NCBI GenBank assembly: GCA_048571215.1
Contig: CP182352.1
Location: forward strand, 1,472,001 to 1,536,000
Direction: 5' to 3'
Source: Halarcobacter sp.
Lineage (GTDB): Bacteria; Campylobacterota; Campylobacteria; Campylobacterales; Arcobacteraceae
Length of the DNA: 64,000 bases
In this document: in pieces, positions 56,887 through 64,000 of the stretch
How the letters are laid out: each line of letters starts with the position of its first letter
Position numbering within the stretch: position 1 is the stretch's first letter
The notes under the pieces: model-generated
The model's input: the letters and a program-made list of their open reading frames with translations, nothing else
What the model was told of the DNA's origin: nothing
Database searches by the model: none
Position numbers and translations under genes: made by a program

Positions 56887-59847
56887 CTACATTTTTCTTG
56901 TTAATTTTGTATTTACAACAGCAATATCATTTAAAGAACTAAAGATTTTACCAGTAGCATATTCTATCTCTTGAGCTACATCTTTTAGCTTATTATTATC
57001 TACTTTTTTACTATTTAAATCCATATATTCTTGTATTTTGTTATGTACGTGTTCATGTCTTTCTTTAAGAAGTTTCCATTCTGGAAAACTAACAAACTCT
57101 CGCTTTTTATTTTCACATAACTCAATCCACTTGCCAAGATTACACAATTTATAATCAGTTACAGTACATTGTTCAAAACTTCCTAATTTACTAAAATGTT
57201 TTTTCTTGAAATTAATATGATCATTTTTATATTTAGATATCTCTTGAATCAAATCCACATCATCCACCATAAGATAATATTTTTCATTTATTTGTGCTTT
57301 TTGTGTAATTCCAATCAATCTAGTTGAGAGTTTAGCAACCTCTTTTGAAAGTGAATCTATATTTGAAGAGGTTTGTGCATTTTTTTGTGTCATTCTATCT
57401 AAAGAAACAATAGCTTCATTTATTTGTATCATTCCATGCTCTTGCTCTTTTATTGCAGTTGACACATTATCTATTATATTTTTTGTATCAATTATTTTTG
57501 AAGATAAATCCTCATAACCTTTTATCATATTTGTTGCAATCAACTTACCTTCATTTGATTTGGAAGTAGCATCTCCAACAAGTTTTTTTATACTATTTGC
57601 TGCATCAGCTGAACGATTTGCCAAGTTTCTAACCTCTTGAGCAACTACAGCAAAACCTTTCCCAGCCTCCCCTGCAGTTGCAGCCTCAACAGCTGCATTA
57701 AGTGATAATATATTTGTTTGAAAGGCAATTTGATCAATCACAGAAATAGCTTCACTAATTGCAGTGACCTTATCATTTATCTGCTCCATAGATTCCACTG
57801 TTTGTTGGGCTTCTTTATTTCCTGTTTTGGCACTAGCATTTAAGCCATCTGCGATATTTAACATCTTTGATACATCATCAGAACTTGATTTCATATTATT
57901 TGTTATTTGTTCTATAGAGGCTGCTGTTTCTTCTAAAGATGTAGCTTGTTCATTTGAACTATTTGATAAGGCTTGAGAAGATGTTGTTAAGATATCAGTA
58001 TTTGATTCTAACTCTTTTCCAGCATTCGTAATCATTGCAATTAGCTGAGAAATAGATTGTCCTAATAAAGTTGAGCCAGCAGACAAACTTCCAAAATCTC
58101 CATACAATCCAATTTTCTCCTCAGCAGTTAACCTAAAATTGTATTTACCTACAGCATAATTATCTAATACTTTATTTATATTATCAACTTTTTGTTTTGT
58201 CTGTATAATCATTTTATTTATAATCTCTCTTAATGACTCAACTTCATGTGTTGCTGCTTTTTGATTGATACTATATTCTAAAAATCCATTTGATACTTTT
58301 TCAACAACATCTGTAATCTCAGCAACAACTTTTTTATCTTGTTCAATAAAGCTTTTTACTTTTTTCATTTTTTGATTCATATGTTGATTCATTTGTGCAA
58401 ATTCATCACTTCCAATAACTTCTATCTCTTTGTAATCCTCTTTTTCCCTAATAACATATTCAAATGAATATTCTAGCCCCTCTTTAAATAAAGCCAATGA
58501 TGAAACTATTTTCTTAGTAATAATACTACTTACAATAAATAAAAGAGCTATAATTAACAATACAATTAAAGAAGTTATAATAAAACTACTATTTAAATCA
58601 TTAGTTTTATTGTTTATATATTGTTTTATCCCATTTGAAAATTTTTGTTCATAATCTTTAAAAAATACTATTCTATTAGTAGATACTTCAAACCATCTGT
58701 TATAATTAGCTCCGTAAATATTGTCGTTCAAATTTTTTATAGCTTTTATAGCTTCACTACTATCAACAGACGTAGCAAGTTCAATCTTTTCAATTGAATC
58801 TTTATTTGCTTTCATATCCATAATATCAACCGCATTTCCCATATACTCATCAAAAATATTTTTTATTTTTTTAACAAATTTTTTTTCCTCTTTTGTAATC
58901 CCTTTCATTCTTCTATATTTATTTAATTCTCTTGTAATACTTGAATGGTACCTTTGGATTTTATTTACCATTTTATCATCAGATTTTAAAATGTACTCAT
59001 TGTAACGATGTATTAAACCCCCAAATCCTGCTAGACTAATCACCTTTGATATAATCTCATTTTTTTTGGCTTTATCAATTAATATTTTACGAAATCTTTC
59101 TACTTCAAAACAATCTTGACAATTTTTTAATTGTTTTTCAAAACTTTTCAACTCATTTTCATCTAAAATTTTTTTAAATAGATTTAAGTGGGTTTCTTGT
59201 GTTGCAATACTAGCACCAAATTTTGAATAATCATCATATGATAAAATACCTTTTTCAAAAACACTTCTTAATAACCTTCTCTCTATTGAAGAAGCTTCCA
59301 CTACATCAACTATACTTTGATATGCTTGAATTTTTTTTGATAATACCCCATCATTACTATAAGTTAATAGATCATCTAAAAAAAATAGTAACTTATTATC
59401 TAATTGCAAATAAAAATCTAAAATTTCATTATCACTTAAAGAGATTTGGTCTATTTTTTCCCTTATATTTTTCAAGTTTTTAAAATCTTTTTTTATATTT
59501 TCAATTTTTTTTGTAACATCTTTTGAATATGAATTTGAATCAAACCCCAATAAAAACTTCTGTATTTTCTTTATATTTTCATTAGTTATATCTCTATTTT
59601 TTGTTAGTTCATTTGTATTTAATTTACCATAGCTATCAACAAAAAGTAAGCTATACTCCCTCTCATCTTGTAGTGAATTTAAAAGTTTTGTAGATAACAA
59701 TGAGAGTTCCAAATAGTTTTTTGTTATCTCTATAGATCTTTTCTCTTCTAGTTTTTTAATCAAGGTTTCCCCTGAAAAAAACAAAATTGCTAAAATTGGT
59801 AAAGCTAAAATAATAATAATTTTATTTTTTAGTGATAGCTTATGCAT
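56887..59847 (-). CDS. Methyl-accepting chemotaxis protein with NIT-like sensor and C-terminal CZB domain
   Basis: LQDER and ERR NIT-type motifs, [18 protein letters not shown]-terminal HINFK..CNLGKW..HEHVH. Confidence 0.9.
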   Translation of the reverse strand: MHKLSLKNKIIIILALPILAILFFSGETLIKKLEEKRSIEITKNYLELSLLSTKLLNSLQDEREYSLLFVDSYGKLNTNELTKNRDITNENIKKIQKFLLGFDSNSYSKDVTKKIENIKKDFKNLKNIREKIDQISLSDNEILDFYLQLDNKLLFFLDDLLTYSNDGVLSKKIQAYQSIVDVVEASSIERRLLRSVFEKGILSYDDYSKFGASIATQETHLNLFKKILDENELKSFEKQLKNCQDCFEVERFRKILIDKAKKNEIISKVISLAGFGGLIHRYNEYILKSDDKMVNKIQRYHSSITRELNKYRRMKGITKEEKKFVKKIKNIFDEYMGNAVDIMDMKANKDSIEKIELATSVDSSEAIKAIKNLNDNIYGANYNRWFEVSTNRIVFFKDYEQKFSNGIKQYINNKTNDLNSSFIITSLIVLLIIALLFIVSSIITKKIVSSLALFKEGLEYSFEYVIREKEDYKEIEVIGSDEFAQMNQHMNQKMKKVKSFIEQDKKVVAEITDVVEKVSNGFLEYSINQKAATHEVESLREIINKMIIQTKQKVDNINKVLDNYAVGKYNFRLTAEEKIGLYGDFGSLSAGSTLLGQSISQLIAMITNAGKELESNTDILTTSSQALSNSSNEQATSLEETAASIEQITNNMKSSSDDVSKMLNIADGLNASAKTGNKEAQQTVESMEQINDKVTAISEAISVIDQIAFQTNILSLNAAVEAATAGEAGKGFAVVAQEVRNLANRSADAANSIKKLVGDATSKSNEGKLIATNMIKGYEDLSSKIIDTKNIIDNVSTAIKEQEHGMIQINEAIVSLDRMTQKNAQTSSNIDSLSKEVAKLSTRLIGITQKAQINEKYYLMVDDVDLIQEISKYKNDHINFKKKHFSKLGSFEQCTVTDYKLCNLGKWIELCENKKREFVSFPEWKLLKERHEHVHNKIQEYMDLNSKKVDNNKLKDVAQEIEYATGKIFSSLNDIAVVNTKLTRKM

Positions 59848-59939
59848 TTGTCCTCCAAATATATTATACTGGGAGAAACAGTAACATACTAATATTACAC
59901 AATGATTACAAGTTATATAAAATAATTATTACAAATAAG

Positions 59940-60695
59940 CTAAAATAGTGTTTTTATTGAATTTAAAAGAGATATACTGTTTGCTAAATAACTTTTTCCA
60001 AATAGATTATAGTGATTTAAAAAGTGGTAAAGATTATAAATATTTTTTTTCTTTTCATACTCATAACTCAAAGGATACTCTTGATTATAGGCAGAATAAA
60101 ACTCTTTATTAAAGCCACCAAACATCTCACTCATAGCAATATCAACTTCTCTATCACCATAATAAACAGCAGGGTCAATCAAAAATATCTCATCTTTACT
60201 AAAAAGTACATTTCCACTCCACAAATCTCCATGAACTAAAGATGGATGTTTTGTAGTGGCATTTAAAAACTTAATTAAATATGGTTTAATATTTATCAAA
60301 CTTTCTAGAAACTCTTCTTTTATAGGTTTCTCTTTTATAAGATTTATTTGAAAAAGTAGTCTATAGTTATAAAAAAACTCACCCCAGTTTTCACTTAATA
60401 TATTTTTTTGTTTTGATAAACCAATATAATTATCTTCATCAAAACCAAAACTATTTTGTTTTATTTTATGGAGTTTTGCTAAGATTATACCTAGCTGTTT
60501 TTGTTGATTATTTGAACTAAAACTTTGATTTACCTTTTCCATTTTTATGAAACTTTTATCATAAGTTATTATCTTTGGAGTTCTTATAATAGTGTTTTCA
60601 AGTTTATTTAGATTTTCTTGAATAAGTTTTAAACCCTTTATCTCTTTTAGTAAAGAATCATTATCTAGTGGATTTTCTTTTATAAAAATAGACAT
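59940..60695 (-). CDS. Fructosamine kinase family protein
   Basis: FGFDEDNYIG, PSLVHGDLWSGN, IDPAVYYGDREVDIAM, YHFLNHYNLFG. Confidence 0.9.
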   Translation of the reverse strand: MSIFIKENPLDNDSLLKEIKGLKLIQENLNKLENTIIRTPKIITYDKSFIKMEKVNQSFSSNNQQKQLGIILAKLHKIKQNSFGFDEDNYIGLSKQKNILSENWGEFFYNYRLLFQINLIKEKPIKEEFLESLINIKPYLIKFLNATTKHPSLVHGDLWSGNVLFSKDEIFLIDPAVYYGDREVDIAMSEMFGGFNKEFYSAYNQEYPLSYEYEKKKNIYNLYHFLNHYNLFGKSYLANSISLLNSIKTLF

Positions 60696-60697
60696 AG

Positions 60698-61045
60698 CTA
60701 TTTTAATCTATTTTTGGCAAGCTCTATATCACATTGATATTTATATATCATGTAATCAAACATAGAAGTACCTCTATTTTTATTAAAAAATGAGTACATT
60801 TCTAAAAGTCTATAAGACATTCTAAAAAAAGCAGTAAACGGGATAAAATATGTTGCAATTGTTTCATATTTTCTATAAGGATAATATTTGTCAAACTCAT
60901 TTTTTAAACTAGTAAGAACTCTATTTTCATCATGTAATTGCTCTTTTGTTTTTGTAGACATGGTCTTTAAAGCTAATAAAAAATTCAAAAAAAACATCAC
61001 TAAATTTAAATTCCAACCTATTATAAATATCTCTTCGTAACTCAT
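60698..61045 (-). CDS. Hypothetical membrane-associated protein
   Basis: GGAGG RBS, hydrophobic N-terminus, 2-nt gap to the kinase gene. Confidence 0.7.
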   Translation of the reverse strand: MSYEEIFIIGWNLNLVMFFLNFLLALKTMSTKTKEQLHDENRVLTSLKNEFDKYYPYRKYETIATYFIPFTAFFRMSYRLLEMYSFFNKNRGTSMFDYMIYKYQCDIELAKNRLK

Positions 61046-61106
61046 ATACCCTCCAAATAAAATATTATAGCAAATTTAAGTATAATATTTTTTTTAAAGG
61101 ACAAAA

Positions 61107-61805
61107 ATGAAACTACTTGAAGAGAATATTACACAAACTATAGATGAAATTTATCTATTAGAAACTTTAAACTTAGACAATAAAACAATCTTAGAACTTG
61201 GCTGCGGTGGTGCAGCTATGACAAAAAAAATTGCAAACAACGGTCAAAATAGAAAAATAATAGCTTGTGAAGTTGATGAGATACAACATAAAAAAAACCT
61301 AAAACTAAATATAAAAAATATAAAATTTGAAGATTATCCAGCAGAAGATATAAAGCTTGAAGATAATTCAATCGATATGGTTTTAATGTTTAAATCTTTT
61401 CATCATATCCCTGAAGAAAATATGACAAAAGCCTTAGCTGAAATCAAAAGAGTTTTAAAACCAAATGGATTGGCATATATTAGTGAACCTCTTTATCAAG
61501 GGGAACAAAATGCTTTAATATCTATTTTTCATGAAGAAAAACATGAAAGAGAAGTAGCTTTTGAACATATTAAAAAAGCAGTAGATAATGAGATGTTTAA
61601 ACTCTTTAAAGAAGTTTTTTTTCAAACACCAATTACATATGAAAATTTTGATGATTTTAAAACTAAACAGATGGATGTAACACATCTTGATAATGTTTAT
61701 TCAAAACAATTAGTTCAAAAAGTAAAAGAGAAATATGAGAGTTACTCAAAGGGTAAACATACATTTTTAAAACCATTTAGAGTTGATATATTACAAAAGG
61801 TATAA
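61107..61805 (+). CDS. Class I SAM-dependent methyltransferase
   Basis: ILELGCGGA motif I, SFHHI, RVLKPNG. Confidence 0.88.
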   Translation: MKLLEENITQTIDEIYLLETLNLDNKTILELGCGGAAMTKKIANNGQNRKIIACEVDEIQHKKNLKLNIKNIKFEDYPAEDIKLEDNSIDMVLMFKSFHHIPEENMTKALAEIKRVLKPNGLAYISEPLYQGEQNALISIFHEEKHEREVAFEHIKKAVDNEMFKLFKEVFFQTPITYENFDDFKTKQMDVTHLDNVYSKQLVQKVKEKYESYSKGKHTFLKPFRVDILQKV

Positions 61806-63769
<1,964 letters not shown>

Positions 63770-63950
63770 TACAATTGAATAAAAAATATACTATTTGTTA
63801 TAAATATACTCATCTACAAATAGGCTCTTTTTTATAAAAATGTTACCATTTTATATACTTTTTATATATTATAAGCCAATTTAATAAATTAACTTAATTT
63901 TTTCTATTAATTATTTTATAATAAATCCTATAAATAAATAAAAGGGAAGA

Positions 63951-64000
63951 ATGACAATGAGTAATGAAATACAAAGGGAAAAGTCACTAACTATGACAAT
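63951..64000 (+). CDS. 5' fragment of a gene running off the window (MTMSNEIQREKSLTMT...), possibly acyl-CoA thioesterase
   Basis: AAGGGA RBS and an open frame to the window end; the product guess rests on 16 residues only. Confidence 0.35.
   Translation, partial: MTMSNEIQREKSLTMT

Overview
AT-rich bacterial chromosome segment. Gene content, promoter style and chemoreceptor types suggest Campylobacterota, probably Arcobacteraceae (inference). From left to right: (1) a cluster of intergenic palindromic elements and two cassette-like genes (MarC family, membrane protein), each followed by an attC-like site; (2) an E. coli-type pyruvate dehydrogenase operon aceE-aceF-lpdA, divergent from a lipoyl ligase/transferase gene and lipA; (3) an IclR regulator divergent from a CoA-ester lyase cluster (CitE-like lyase, acyl-CoA ligase::degenerate CitE fusion, mesaconyl-C1-CoA hydratase-like protein, second CitE-like lyase), then a 29-aa sORF and an FAH-like DUF5718 gene; (4) a dCache chemoreceptor; (5) a minimal KdpD/KdpE-like pair wired to KtrB/KtrA, headed by an unannotated 26-aa membrane peptide; (6) flavin reductase, pepD-like dipeptidase, an Mla/MCE ABC system, and tandem class I and class II fumarases; (7) a ~22 kb adhesin island: a ~4976-aa TpsA with a higher-order repeat array, TpsB, a SEL1-PEGA protein, a 7TM-DISM kinase, a response regulator, a porin and a pseudo-receiver paralog, with an identical 17-bp promoter motif ahead of both the TPS operon and the pseudo-receiver gene; (8) a NifX-like protein, a NIT/CZB chemoreceptor, fructosamine kinase, methyltransferase and ligA. 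No rRNA, tRNA, CRISPR array, transposase or integrase was seen. All calls come from motif recognition by eye; no searches were run.
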